64,000 nucleotides of DNA from Cystobasidiomycetes sp. EMM_F5 (taxonomy: Eukaryota). The stretch is from contig JBPGPT010000004.1 of NCBI GenBank assembly GCA_051047955.1, positions 310,001-374,000 of the forward strand. The letters run 5' to 3'. Both the position numbers and the translations under genes were made by a program. Of this stretch, positions 25,201 to 38,016 are shown one piece after another. Under the pieces are notes generated by a model that was not told where the DNA came from, searched no databases, and was given only the letters and a program-made list of their open reading frames with translations. Each line of letters opens with the position of its first letter. Position 1 is the first letter of the stretch.

Positions 25201-27372
25201 TCAATCGCGACTTGCCTGTACTGACACCTGCCATACCTGCTGTCGAATCTAGCGAAAGCAATTCGAACACTCGGATAATAGAACCCGTCCCAGACATGAG
25301 TGAAGCTGCCGGCTTGTCCGCCAATGCAGAAGTCGCCAATGATATCTTGGATGACACCGTTTCGACGACAAGTCAAGTAGAGGAGGAGTCAACACCTAGT
25401 GTCTCCGCTGGGAGTCTCTTTTCGGCTGTAATCCACGCTGCTGTACCCAGCCCCCGCAAACCAAGGCAGAAACTGAAGGCAAACGGAAGCCGGGATGTCG
25501 TCGATTCTGCGCGCCAGGTACTGCCGTATGGTGCAGAAATTTTGGACGTCAACGCATTACTGGCGAATAAGCCCGAATGCTCACAGGACAGTGTGATTGA
25601 TGATCATCGTGATGAGCCTACCCTGGACAGCAATATCGAGAGCGATCTTCCAGCCCAAGCTGATGCCACAGAGAGTAGTGCAGAAGTCGCGGCCGTGGAA
25701 GCAGTCAAGGAGGCTCTACCGTCAGATGACACCATGGCCTTGGACTCGCTCAAGCCACTTGAAAGCAGACCTGGTCCTCATAGTGCACAGGACAATGACG
25801 CGACCGCTACGGACGACACAAGCATTACACCGGATACGCCTGACGCAGCAGATGTGACTGTATCGGACTTTAATAGCAGTCTCCTCATTGCGCCGTACGT
25901 ACCCTTATTGACGGAGAAGAGCAAGCTCGAGGATCCGCAGCCAGCTGAGAATACGCCCACCCGAAATGTCAATGCTATTCTGCCAGGACTATGGAACCCA
26001 GGCACACCTATACGGTTCGGTGGCTCCAGCTTGGAAGCCGCGGTACGAGAAGCTGCTTTTGATCCTGATCGTTCTGCCAACCTGCGACACTCACTCGGCA
26101 TTGTGGACAATGAAGAAGATGGAAATGCTGAATCTGACACTGAAGAAGCTACGGATGCCGTCGACATATCCGAAGTGCCAGTGAACGAAGGTGCGGACAC
26201 CGGTGTAGAATCTGAAAGGGTAGACCTAGATCTAGATCGAGACGAGGTATGTAAGCGCGCCATTTCATCTACAAGCAAAATTGACCCCCGTTTAGCAGGA
26301 AGTCATTACCTTTGACAAGGACAGTGAAGCAGTTGATTTTTCTGCTCGCGAACCATTCGCGACAGCCAACTTGAAGCAGGAACAGGTTGTCAGCCCGTCT
26401 CAGGTGGTACCAGACGACCCTCAAATTTCAGATGCCGGCGGTGAAGAACGTGCTGCAAGGTCTATGCGGCATATGTCTACTTCCACAGATGACTCGGACG
26501 CAGCCAGCGATTTTGTACACTCTTTGTTATCGCCAAAAGCGAAACTCGCTGCGAAGACTCGCACTCCCCGAACCTCGAAACAACCATCTGATGGCGCTGG
26601 GCGTCGTCAATCGACACGCTTGCAGAAGGCAGTTGCCGACGACAAACAGTCTGAAGAGGACTCGACCCATGATTCACAGCGGCGCTCGGACCGAGAATCC
26701 ACACCACAGTATGAAGTCCCATCAGCAGGCAACACGCCCGCCGAAGAGTTAGAAATTGCCGATCTATTGACGCCGCCGAGAATGAAGCCTCGAGTACACA
26801 CCCATCAGCATCGTCGAGGAGCGGCGTCTCGGGATGTGCGAGCCGGCAATGAAAATCGCGCTGCTGGCGGCGGCACTCCAGACCGCCAAGTAGGGTCATC
26901 GCCCGTGACAACACGTTCGCACTGCACATATCATAAATTGTCCATCCCTTACGCACCCTACCGCTCTACACCTGTGCGCAAGACTCCTTCGCGACGAACG
27001 CGGGGTTCGACTGCTGAAGGGCAGGCTGATTCTACGATCTCATACGTCTTCCTGGTACCTGGCTGTGCATCCGCAGACCGGCAAGACGAGATGCGCGAAG
27101 AGGGTATAGTGGATCTCGGGAATGCGAGCGCTGACGACCAGGGTGCAGCTGTCCGCTTACTTGGCGACATGGATGAGATGACAATCGAAGGCATACCTGA
27201 TTCGGTTGTCAAAGCGCTCATCCGCGTAGTGGGCATTGAAATGTTCAGAGAAGGAGACTGCGAGCTTCTGACGCCTTTGCTGCCTCATCGTGAAGCTGCA
27301 GACAGGAAGCGGCGTCGCGAGTCGAACAATACTGAAAGCCCGCCCGCGAAGCGACCTTTTAACGCGAAATGA
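22256..27372 (+). CDS. Large (~1650 aa) acidic intrinsically disordered protein, 3 exons, unknown function
   Basis: ORFs 22256-22768, 22908-26315 and 26371-27372 can be joined by GT-AG introns near 22765-22828 and 26248-26298. Confidence 0.8.
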
Positions 27373-27594
27373 GCGAACTTTCGTTGTCCATAGTTTGCGA
27401 TTCGTAGCGGGTCCCCAGTGTCGTATAACGTAGTGAGCAATGGCTTCCGAAAGCATACTGATACAGTCGTACGAAGTCCCTTCGGCGATAACGCGGCACT
27501 GTTTCAGATCAGCGATTGCCATTGTCGCGCTTTAATCTGCAGCGATTGACCCAATTGTCGCTCAGCCGGTCGCCAGCCAACAGTCTCGCAAGCC

Positions 27595-29401
27595 ATGAAT
27601 ACTCAGCGGGCTGTCCCAAAGTCCGCCAATGGCCAAGCGAACGGTCATGCCAACGGCAACAGTGCGCAGGACGATAAACAGGACAACCAGATACAAAAAT
27701 CGACGTTGGCGTACGATCCTGCGCCCCATTCTGAAGAGTACGAGTTTATGGGACCTCCTGGAGCGCTGGGAATCAGCGTGCTCGTACCATTCTTCACCTA
27801 CTTTTTTGCCTTGGGCTGCGATGAAAGAGGCTGCCCGCCCACACCCGTTATTCCCTTCTTCGAGCAAGGTTTTAGAGCAGCTCTGACTTACGACTTCTGG
27901 AGTTCTCTGTGGGACACAAAAGCTATGGCTGTCTATCTGGCATGGTACGCTTGGATAGTGATTGCATGGGCCACCATTCCCGGTCCCTGGGTTGAGGGCA
28001 GCAAGCTCAGGAATGGCGAAAAGCTCTTCTACAAGATTAATGGTGAGCAGAATTACTGCGCAATCATTGATGAAGCCCACAAGGATACGGCTGACAGTAT
28101 GTCTTGCCACCGCTCAGGGCTCCGCACTTTCTGGGCTACGGCCATTCTTGCCGGCGTTTTGTCATTACAGTATGGGAAAGCACCTTTCGTGTTTGTCTAT
28201 GATCACTGGACTGGTCTAGTGACGGCATCTCTAGTCATGTCCTTCGTGCAGGTGCTGCTTACATCTTAGGGTTTCGACGGCGCAATGCTTACACGGAATT
28301 CAACCACCAGGCTACGTACTGTTACGTGCTCTCATTCACGCCGGGTACTATGCTAGCTGTTGGCGGCAACACGGGCAATGTCCTCTACGATGTGAGCGCA
28401 ACTTACGGCCAGCGTTACGTGCGCATCTGACAACATGAACGTAGTGGTTCATTGGCAGGACTCTGAATCCTAGAATTGGTGTATTTGACATCAAGACCAT
28501 CAAGTATGTGTACTTTATGCGTGCATTCAACATTCTAGCCCCGCTTACTCAGGAATCCTCATCAGCGAGCTGCGTCCAGGTATCATCCTCTGGTTCTGGC
28601 TGGATATCTGCATGGCGGTCAAGCAATACGACAAGATTGGTCGCGTGACCGACAGCATGATTCTTGTTCTTGTCTTTCAGACGATATACATTTTCGATTC
28701 GGTATACAACGAAGCTGGCATCTTCACTCAGATGGACATCACCACAGATGGTTTCGGCTTCATGCTATCTGTCGGCGACCTGACCTGGGTACCTTTTACG
28801 TATGGTCTGCAAGCAAGATACCTGGCCCTCTATCCGAAAGATCTTGGCTTGTTTTGGACGGCGGCAATCATCTCCCTTAACCTGCTAGGCTATTACATTT
28901 TCCGCATTAGCAATCTAGAAAAAAATGACTTTCGTAATGGCAAGAACCCAAAGAGTCTGTGCATGGGATATAGCATTAGTTGGAGCATGACTGACGGACC
29001 ACAACAGAACTTACCTCGATGCAGACAGAGCGCGGCACTGCGTTGCTGACATCGGGATGGTGGGGTTGTAGTCGGCATCCAAACTATGTTAGTAATGCTT
29101 CTCGGGCTTCAGTGAGGTGCTGATGCATATCTCCCGCAGCTTGGCGACTGGATCATGGCTTGGGCGTGGTGCTTACCGACTGGATTCTCTACTCCCATAA
29201 CGTACTACTATGTCGTGTACTTTGCAATCTTGTTGCTACATCGGCAGAACAGAGACGACGAGGCGTGCAAAAAGAAGTCAGTGAAAGTCTATGACGACAT
29301 CGATAGACTGAGCTAATCTGCCGCATTCATCTAGATACGGCAAAGACTGGGATAGATATTGTAAGATTGTGAGATGGAAGATCGTGCCCGGCTTGTATTA
29401 G
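27595..29401 (+). CDS. ERG24: C-14 sterol reductase
   Basis: YEFMGPPGA, GGNTGN, WFIGRTLNPRIG, MDITTDGFGFMLSVGDLTWVPFTY, SGWWGCSRHPNY, LLHRQNRDD, YGKDWDRYC. Confidence 0.95.
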
Positions 29402-29506
29402 CTTGTGTACATATGTAAATGTAAATCTCGCCTCAATCGCTGGGTTATCAGATCAGATAAGCAAGGCTGTGTCGAAATGCAGGCTTTGCTTTTGACTTCA
29501 AGCACC

Positions 29507-31502
29507 ATGACGAGCACTCCATACGTCAGAAGCACAGACGGCGTACAAAGACGCAGTCAGGATAAACCGCCCTCCAATTCTTCGACGCATTCTATACTGC
29601 CCTCACCGCCAGCGTCACCTCCGCTGGCAGCGACCAGGACTTCATTCACATCAGACAGGAAGCAATCCATTGGCATTGCACAGACGTCGACAGAACGCGA
29701 TGTCGAAGCAAATCGATTGTCTCAAGCAGACTTGTCGCTGGGAATGCCCGCCGAGGCGGTCGAGATGTCGTACATGAATCCAGGCAGTATTGGCATGACG
29801 CCGATGCCGTCAAGAGTGACAAACGACAGCGAGCACGATCCACTGCTGTTACGGTCCAAGGTGGTCACTGACGACGAGATTGACTTGCGCCGGAGAGCAT
29901 CTCGTCGAGCTGGTCAATCCCGCAGAGGGGTGGCCAAGCTTGGAGAGTAAGCTAGTGACATATTGACCTTCTAAGCGTCTTATATTGCTTTGCGCTCAGC
30001 TTCTATGCTGGACAAAACGACCACATCAATGCCCTGCTGAAGCCGCTCTCTAAACATGCCGAGGAAGCTCAGGATAATGAAGATGCTGGTCGCCTGCCAG
30101 TACGTGTCATCTGCGCCATAAGCATCTTCACAATGCTGATCCAGCAGTCATATCTCAGGTCAAGATTGCGGTGCGCGCGTCTCTGATTGCCAATTGCTGT
30201 CTGGCTGTGTTGCAGATTTATGCAGCAGCCAGCTCCTTATCGCTGTCCTTCTTCGGTATGAGCGTCATTCGCACAGCTTTATACAGCCGACTAATCGGTG
30301 CTTGCGACAGCCACCGCTCTCGACAGCGTTTTTGACCCTTTTGCCAACGTGTTGCTGTAAGCGATGTGACCAATAGGAGGGCAACTAAACTCCAAGCTGA
30401 CTTCACCCCTGCAGGTTCCGCCTGCATGTCAAGTCACAGAAAGCCGATCCATTTAAGTATCCGGGCGGCGCTTCGCGACTCACGACAATCGGCAACATTG
30501 TCTACGCATTTGTCATGGGATCCGTTTCGCTGGTCCTCATCGTAGAGTCTATACGAGACCTCGCTAGTCACGGGCCCGGCGATGACACCAATGACTTTCA
30601 CATGTTAGTTTCCATAACATCTGCCATATTCAACTGGCCGGACTCACCCATGCTTGAGCAGCTCTGCAACAGTAGCTGTAGCGGTGGCGTTTGTCGTCAA
30701 GCTGCTTTTGTTCCTCTACTGCTTCTCGATACGCAAGTTGAGCAGTCAGGTCCAAGTCCTGTGAGCTTCTATCAACGATGCGATCTAGCAGATGTATGCT
30801 GATAAAGAGTCATTCTCGAAGGTGGGAAGATCATAGAAATGGCAAGCGCTCCGGCTCCCAGTATCACAGCTACAACTGACGCCAATATATCTTTGCAGAT
30901 TTGCTTATCAACGGTTTCGGTATCTTTACCAATGCTGCCGGTGCCAAGATCGCATGGTGGATCGATCCTATGGGGGCCATCATCATCTCGTGTATCATAA
31001 TTGGCTCGTGGGGTTGGACAGCATATTGTGAGCTCGTCCGAATGGTTACGCAAATCCATCTTACTGACGATTGAAATGTGTCTAGCCGAGTTTTTGTGCT
31101 TAGCTGGCCGCTCAGCAGATCCAGACTTCCTGAGACTGGTGGTATATAAAGCAATGACCTTCTCCGACGACATCACCGCAATTGACTCCTGCAAGGCCTA
31201 CCATTCTGGCCGTGAGTCCAAAATGGCTGTAGTCTGATTGAGGAAGACAGTCTGACTGTGTGACTATAGCGGACTATGTGGTCGAAGTTGATATCGTAAT
31301 GCCTGGTGACACTCCGCTTTGGAAAGCACACGATGTCTCTCAAGATTTGCAGGATCAGCTAGAGACGCTACCGAAAGTTGACAGGGCGTTCGTTCATGTT
31401 GATCACGAAGTAGCCCATCAACCGGTGAGCATCCGAACCTCTGCCTAATGCAATTAGTGCTAATCGCGAGCTCGCATCCAGGAACATCGAAAAAACAAGT
31501 AA
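29507..31502 (+). CDS. Cation diffusion facilitator (Mn-CDF / MTP-like) metal transporter, many introns
   Basis: ALDSVFDP, KYPGGASRLTTIGNI, WEDHRND, WWIDPMGA, VEVDIVMP, AHDVSQDLQDQLE, RAFVHVDHE...PEH. Confidence 0.92.
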
Positions 31503-31969
31503 ACCTGTTGGTCAGTGTGTCTAACGAGATGGGACGCTGGGATTTGCCAGCTATGTACAACGAAAACGAACAATACCGAAAGCGTCTGGCGGTCGTCATA
31601 ATGTAAGGCGCTAGAAGCGACGCCAACGCCATATTCTGATAGAATCCAAAGACTTCCCACGCTGCGCAATCGTTGCCGTAATCTCCCCCTGGCGACTGAG
31701 AATGCGCTCGTAGGACTGCGATACATAATTTGCGCGAGGCTGACACGCGGTGGGCGATGTCTCGGTGCTTACTGTAACCACCGCTACACGCATAGCCACT
31801 ACAGCTGTGTGATCAGCATGAATAGCATTCTTGCTGGGTTTGGGAACTGAATCTTTCTTTCCTTCGACTCTTCAGGATTCATCCCTAGGCCTCTTCTACC
31901 ACTTGCCTCCTCATCTCACACCCCGTGCCCTTGACGGAACCGGGAATCAAAGCCTATTCACCTTCCACA

Positions 31970-32491
31970 ATGTCCGACTACGTAAAGAACACCAATTTGC
32001 AGCGATCAGGCAGCGGCGGCACGAGCAGCATGGCGCTGATCCGGCGCTCCGGCAAGTCGGCTCAGCAGACGCGGGATCCGCTGAGGAGCGGCCAGCACTT
32101 TGGTCCACCGATTTCTGCAGGGCCATCTCGGGTACAGAAGAAGCAAGACACACCCTTGCCCTCTTTTCAACCACCTAGCGCGATAAATCAGCTTCGTAAA
32201 GACATCATGAAGCTTTATGACGATGTTTCTGAGCAGGAACGGCAATTTCAAGCCACCTTGGATAAGTTCAATGAACCATGCCCGTTTAAGGACTACAAAG
32301 TGCAAGGATCCCGAGATTACCACAACGATGTTGTCAAAAGGAAAGACGCTTTACTCAGAAGCCAGTCACTTGAAACACGTTGGCTGACGGAGCAGATCAG
32401 CCCGGCTCTTGTAAACGTGCGCGAGCAAGTCAGTAACTTGATCACGAGTCAAGGCCAGTCTCAAGCCCTTTTGAGGGCTCGAGCCTTTTGA
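31970..32491 (+). CDS. Hypothetical small protein with predicted coiled-coil segments
   Basis: Open frame 31925-32491 with first ATG at 31970 and amphipathic segments INQLRKDIMKLYDDV and LVNVREQVSNLI. Confidence 0.5.
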   Translation: MSDYVKNTNLQRSGSGGTSSMALIRRSGKSAQQTRDPLRSGQHFGPPISAGPSRVQKKQDTPLPSFQPPSAINQLRKDIMKLYDDVSEQERQFQATLDKFNEPCPFKDYKVQGSRDYHNDVVKRKDALLRSQSLETRWLTEQISPALVNVREQVSNLITSQGQSQALLRARAF

Positions 32492-33606
32492 GAACACTCG
32501 AGCAGGAGAAGGTGTCTGCGAATGAACACTTGCACAAAGTCAAGTATCTCCTGGGCAAATTGAGGCCGCCATACCAAAAGCCGATAACACGGTAGCGTCC
32601 AAATTTCGCGCCATGGGTCGTTCCCCCGTCATTGCTTCGTGATTACCCGCCGCCTCCACAATCTACATAAAGCCAGTAAGACTTTGTGTGCTAGTAAGAG
32701 TTCGTCGTAGACGTGCGCGAATGTACTTCGCTTAGCGAGGAAGTAAATGATGTCTCGTCCCGCTGTATCAAAACGACCCCTTTCGGCTTTCACCTCGCAG
32801 ATGAGTAGGTCAAGTGCGCGCACCGCCCCGACGCACAAAATATGTAAGCACCGTTGTCGGTAGCTGGTCCACTATCTTACCGCAATGCATTGCCTCCCAA
32901 TTATATTCGATTTCTCGGTCAGAGTTGCACTCATGCTGTAGCCCTTCGGAGCTACTCGCCATCCAATACTTCCGACTTAACAGCGTTTGCGTGTGTTGTC
33001 AGTGATGTGGGATCAGTATCTACAGACATGTTTTGCGATTGGGCGGTGTTTTCGGGTCAAGTTGTTGCAGTGCATTTGGTCAGGTGCGTTAGCTAGCTTA
33101 TCACAAAAGCGGTTCTGTTCAGCTTGCACAAGCAGGTTCATTCGTCCGGACTTCTCCACTTCCCAGAGATATGTGTGTTGAAGGTGCTACCTCCTGCGAG
33201 CGTCAATGTCTTTTGCACCATCCTTGCGGACGGACCAGAATGATAATACGCACAGCCGCTGACCCGGCGCTTCCTTGTAGAGAGGGACGAGCGGGTTTGA
33301 TGGTGCCAGGACTTACTTTCCTTACAATAAGCATGTTCTGCAACTTTAAAAGTCATTACAGCTGTTCCTCTGCTTATTGTCATCTGCGGACATGTCACCA
33401 AATTCGCTTGTATTCAAATGCCGGCGTTGTCGACCAACTTTGCGGTGCGGCGGGCTGTAGGACGCATACACAGCCCGGATTGCAGAAGTTTTGAGATGAG
33501 CTGCTCGACAGCTGCTCCTGTCAACGCCATCCGCTAGAGTTGCCCTCTGTCACACTTCACGTCGATTTATCACGCGACATACAGCTCGCCCGTCAGTATC
33601 AGTAAG

Positions 33607-34056
33607 ATGTACAAACCACGCAGTACACATACGCACAAAGTACAGAAGAGTCAGTCAAGGCGGTCGGAAATGCATCAATATAAACCGCCTGCCAAAATCA
33701 TCGCCCTTCGGAAAGCGATAGATCTGCCTATCACAAACGTTGCGAGCCAGGTTGCTGGTCGCTATATTGGCTTGCGTCTGGGTCTAGAACCTACTACGAC
33801 AGCAGCGAGCAGCCCGTCAAGTCAGGGTTGGCCGACTCTGCGACAGCTGAATTTGAGCCACGATCTGGAAGAGAAGGCTCGGCTATTGGGCTCACTTGCC
33901 GAGTCGTCCGGGTCTGAGCGAGTAATACGACAGGGCGATATTGGAAGGCCTCGGGAGGCGGAGCGGGACAGCGTGGCCCAATTGGAGCGAGTGAAGGCCC
34001 TTTTGGCGCAATATGCAAGGGTTTCACCGAGCTCTGCCGCAGTCATCGTTCTCTGA
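33607..34056 (+). CDS. Hypothetical protein
   Basis: 149-codon ATG-initiated ORF with no recognisable motifs. Confidence 0.4.
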   Translation: MYKPRSTHTHKVQKSQSRRSEMHQYKPPAKIIALRKAIDLPITNVASQVAGRYIGLRLGLEPTTTAASSPSSQGWPTLRQLNLSHDLEEKARLLGSLAESSGSERVIRQGDIGRPREAERDSVAQLERVKALLAQYARVSPSSAAVIVL

Positions 34057-34534
34057 CATAGCTATGAGTCAGTGATTGATAGATGCCTGTCGGTATATCA
34101 TCAGACGATACAGCTAGAGTGACGGAAGGAAGTCTGAAGTAGCTGTCAGTTCTATGAAATGTAATAACAGTCGTTGTCGTAGAGTCAGCTTGTGATGAAT
34201 GTCTGTGTGTGAAGCGTTGTCCTCGTTTGCAGCTGGATTAACGTCTGCGAATAGCTGAAACGACTTCCTCTCTCGGCGTTAAGCCTCGTGGCTCATTGAA
34301 AGATGATCGAAATTTGTGGAAGCAGTGGGCAGGCAAGATGAGACGGGTGCAGCAAGTTGAGCCAGCCAGCCAGCAGCAAACAAAGTCAAGAGCTCGAAAG
34401 AGTCACTGCGCAAGCCTCTCGGGAGGGAACGTATACAGCGAGTATACTGTAGGGAAATAGGCAAGAAGCAGGCCGCAGTGGTGCTCTTCGGTTCAGGGCT
34501 TTGACGGTTCAATTACGTCTGTCGCGTCGAGAAG

Positions 34535-35617
34535 ATGGTAAGTTTCGAGGATGTCAACAGCAGAACTATGGTACATCTAGACCCATGACAACGTATGCTC
34601 ACATTCGCCCCGTTCTTCGCAGGCCGACACGCCGTCTGGTTCGGCGACCGGAGCTGGTCAGGATGCACAGATAATCGACATGGAGACGTTTGAGCAGCTG
34701 CTGGAAATGTGAGTGGACACTGTGCACCTTCATGGATAGGCAACACCTCTGCTCGCAAGCCACTACCACGCTCTGCGCATCGTGTCGACCCTCGTCACCG
34801 CTCAGCCCTGCATAACGTCATAGCCGCCCAAAGGCGCAAAGGGCAGCTATAGCAGGGGCCGCGATGTGTAGTCGGAGAGTCGAGAAAACGGCATTTACAA
34901 CAGAACGGCGTACGCGCAGTTACTGTCACGCATTCTCCTCCCATCACTCTTCGTATGATGGCTCCTGCGTGTGTACCGTTTATCGGACTGTCAATGCCCC
35001 GCCGAAGAGGTGCGTATGGGAAACAGGCGTATGGCCAGACATATGCTCTATTCGTCCATCCATCTCCTCGGTTCTTCTTCTCACTTCTCTAATTTTGGAC
35101 CGCGCAATACTCCACCCTTCCAATTTTCTCGGCCGTGCCTAATTCCATGATATTTTCCGAGAACGTACCTGACCGTTGACGTTTCGCAGAGACGACGACG
35201 ACTCCAGGGAGTTTTCTAAGGGTCTCGCACAACAATATGTGGAACAGGCAGTCGCTACCTTTGCAGAAATGGAAGACGCATTGTAAGTTGATTGCCGAAG
35301 CATGGGTTTATCCGGCGCTCGGTTTTGTAGCTTATCAGTTACCTTCTTGGGTGATGAACAGGTCAAAGCAAGATTTAGACAAGCTGTCCAAGCTAGGTCA
35401 CTTTCTGAAGGGATCATCAGCGTCCATAGGCTTGATTGCCGTTTCAAAATCATGCGCCGAGATGCAAAATTTCGGAAACTGCTTGGACGAAGCTGGGTCA
35501 AGCCGTATAAGCTCTGAAAAGGCTCTGGAAAACTGTACTGGCCTTATTGTAAAGCTCAAAAAAGAACAAGACGCTGCGAAAACGTGGCTCGAGGATTTCT
35601 ACAAGGAGAAGTGGTGA
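34535..35617 (+). CDS. YPD1: Histidine phosphotransfer (HPt) phosphorelay protein
   Basis: Spliced: M|ADTPSG...IIDMETFEQLLEI|DDDDSREFSKGL...MEDAL|..DLDKLSKLGHFLKGSSASIG, with the HPt His motif. Confidence 0.92.
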
Positions 35618-36286
35618 TTTAATTCGCAGAACCGGAGGACCCCATTCCTGCTTCCTCCTTGTTGGAGGCAACGTATCGTTCTCATCTTCACTCGCTTCTC
35701 GGCATAATAATCCTCAGCCTGTCGCGAGGACTGGCATCGTTGGATTGCGCATGACAGATACGTATGTGCTTTTGGGTCTGCTGACGGCAAAGACAGGACT
35801 CTAATGTACAACCAGCAGGGAAAGGCCTCACCCCGTCAGCGCTTTTCGGAAATGACTGTACAAGTCGCCGCGACAGCTCTTTGTCCATTATTTCCCTCTT
35901 TTTTCCATCTTCCAGTCGTTTCGCAGCAGTAATGATTTTTCGGTCTGCCAGACCTGATGTAATGAATCCTTTCTATCAAGCGCTGTCCAGTAGTAATAGC
36001 AGTATGAGGGGGCAAAGCAGAGATGAAGAGAAAATGAAAGGATGCCTTGACCTAAAAGAAGCACCATATCTTGCCTGATACACTCACAGACTCGCTTCTA
36101 CTTAATTGTACGCCCATTGTCCAAGCCTGCTTGTTCTGTCGTCTGCAATTTTGCTACTCGCGCTGTTTTGGTATATGACGCTGCTTTGATACTTAGTGGC
36201 TGACCCCGCTGCTGCCGAAGCTTCTGCGCTCTTCGACTTGAACATTCTGAATATCTCAGACAGCACAGAGACGCCCTCACACAGCC

Positions 36287-37810
36287 ATGACAGACCAGCT
36301 CGCAGCACTCAAGCAGTATACCACCGTCGTGTCGTGAGTTTGTGAGACATCTGGCGGCTATAGCAGGCCTCTTGAGTCGCTGGGGTTGAGGAGAAAGTAA
36401 CGGCGATGATTTACTGACTGTGTCTCCGCTGTGGTTGACGAATACAGCGACTCTGGTGACTTCCAGAGTGAGTAGACGCAGTCTTCGTTGGCTCGTCTGG
36501 TTGCCGTGTCCGTGCGACTCTTGGTTGGTTGGATATAGCTCGGCGTAGCTGTCCATAAGGTCGCACGGCCGCATGACGGACAAACGAAAGCACTGTGCCT
36601 CGTTAGTAATAACACTGACGAGAACTCCTCTGCTGCGTGTTCAGGCATCGCCGCATACCAGCCTCAAGATGCTACGACCAACCCGTCCCTTATTCTTGCA
36701 GCCGTCAAGGACCCCAAATACGCCAAGCTCATTGACGTGGCAGTCAAATACGCAAAGGACAAGAACTCAGGGTGAGTTGCACGCCTGCGTAGAAGAGAAT
36801 CTCAGGCATTGGAGCTACGCCTGACATGAGCAACAGTGACATTGAGCAGATGACCGACGACTGCCTGGACCGCCTCGTGAGATTTACTTAATCTGTATTG
36901 TACCGTGGCTAACCCTACTCTCTTCGTCTATTCGCAGCTCGTCGAATTTGGTCGTGAAATCCTCGAGATTGTGCCTGGCCGAGTCTCCACCGAGGTCGAT
37001 GCTCGCTTCTCATTCGACAAGCAAGCCAACATCAACAAGGTCAGCCATGTTTCATGACACTTTGCCTGAACATACTGACCATCAAGCCCACATCTAGGCC
37101 CGTCATTTGATTGAGCTGTACGAGTCCATCGGCATTCACAAAGACCGCATTCTCATCAAGATTGCCTCGACTTGGGAAGGTATTCAAGCTGCTCGCGAGC
37201 TCGAAGCCAAGCACGGCATCCACTGCAACTTGACCCTCCTCTTCGGATTCGGTCAGGCTGTCGCGTGCGCAGAGGCTGGCGTTACCCTCATCTCGCCATT
37301 CGTCGGTCGTATCCTCGATTGGTACAAGGCCAAGAAGCCAGACGGCGACTACAGCGGTGCTAACGACCCAGGCGTAAAGTCCGTTGCTCGTATCTACAAC
37401 TGTAAGTAGGACTAATCTCCCACAATCGCAAGGCTGTCATAGGCCTGATGCCATCAAATCCAACAGACTACAAGCAACACGGCTACAAGACGATCGTCAT
37501 GGGTGCCTCATTCCGCAACACTGACGAAATCGTCAATCTTGCCGGATGCGATTACCTCACCATCTCGCCGTCCCTCTTGGACAAGCTGCAGAAGAGCGAT
37601 GACAAGCTCGAGCGCGTCTTGTCTGCCGACAAGGCCGCAAAAGCTGAACCGATTGCAAAGGCGACCTATGTCGACAATGAGCCTGAATTCCGATGGACTC
37701 TCCTCGAGGACCAGATGGCGTTCGACAAGCTGCACGAAGGTATCTCCAAGTTTGCAGCAGACGCCGTTACGCTCAAGAACATCCTCAGAGAGCATCTCGA
37801 GAAGAAGTAA
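36287..37810 (+). CDS. TAL1: Transaldolase
   Basis: [70 protein letters not shown]. Confidence 0.97.
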
Positions 37811-38016
37811 TGTACCTTATGGTAGACAATTATATTCGAGGTTAGATGATTCGTAATGTCAAATCAAGTATCTGATCCATCCCCCTATCGAGTGTGTGGT
37901 CACTTTGCGCTGCCAACGCTGCGCCTATCTGAGTACCGCTCAACAACAAACGTTGGACGCAGTCTCCATGAAACGGCCGAATGATTGCCGACTGACACTG
38001 CTATGAATCGCGATGA

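Noticed and set aside
35692..35703. tcgcttctcggc resembles the U2 snRNA 5' end
   Set aside because: The match stops after about 12 nt and there is no GTAGTA branch-pairing region
36570..36620. Possible C/D snoRNA in the longer TAL1 intron
   Set aside because: The C box match is weak and the ctga doubles as the branch point
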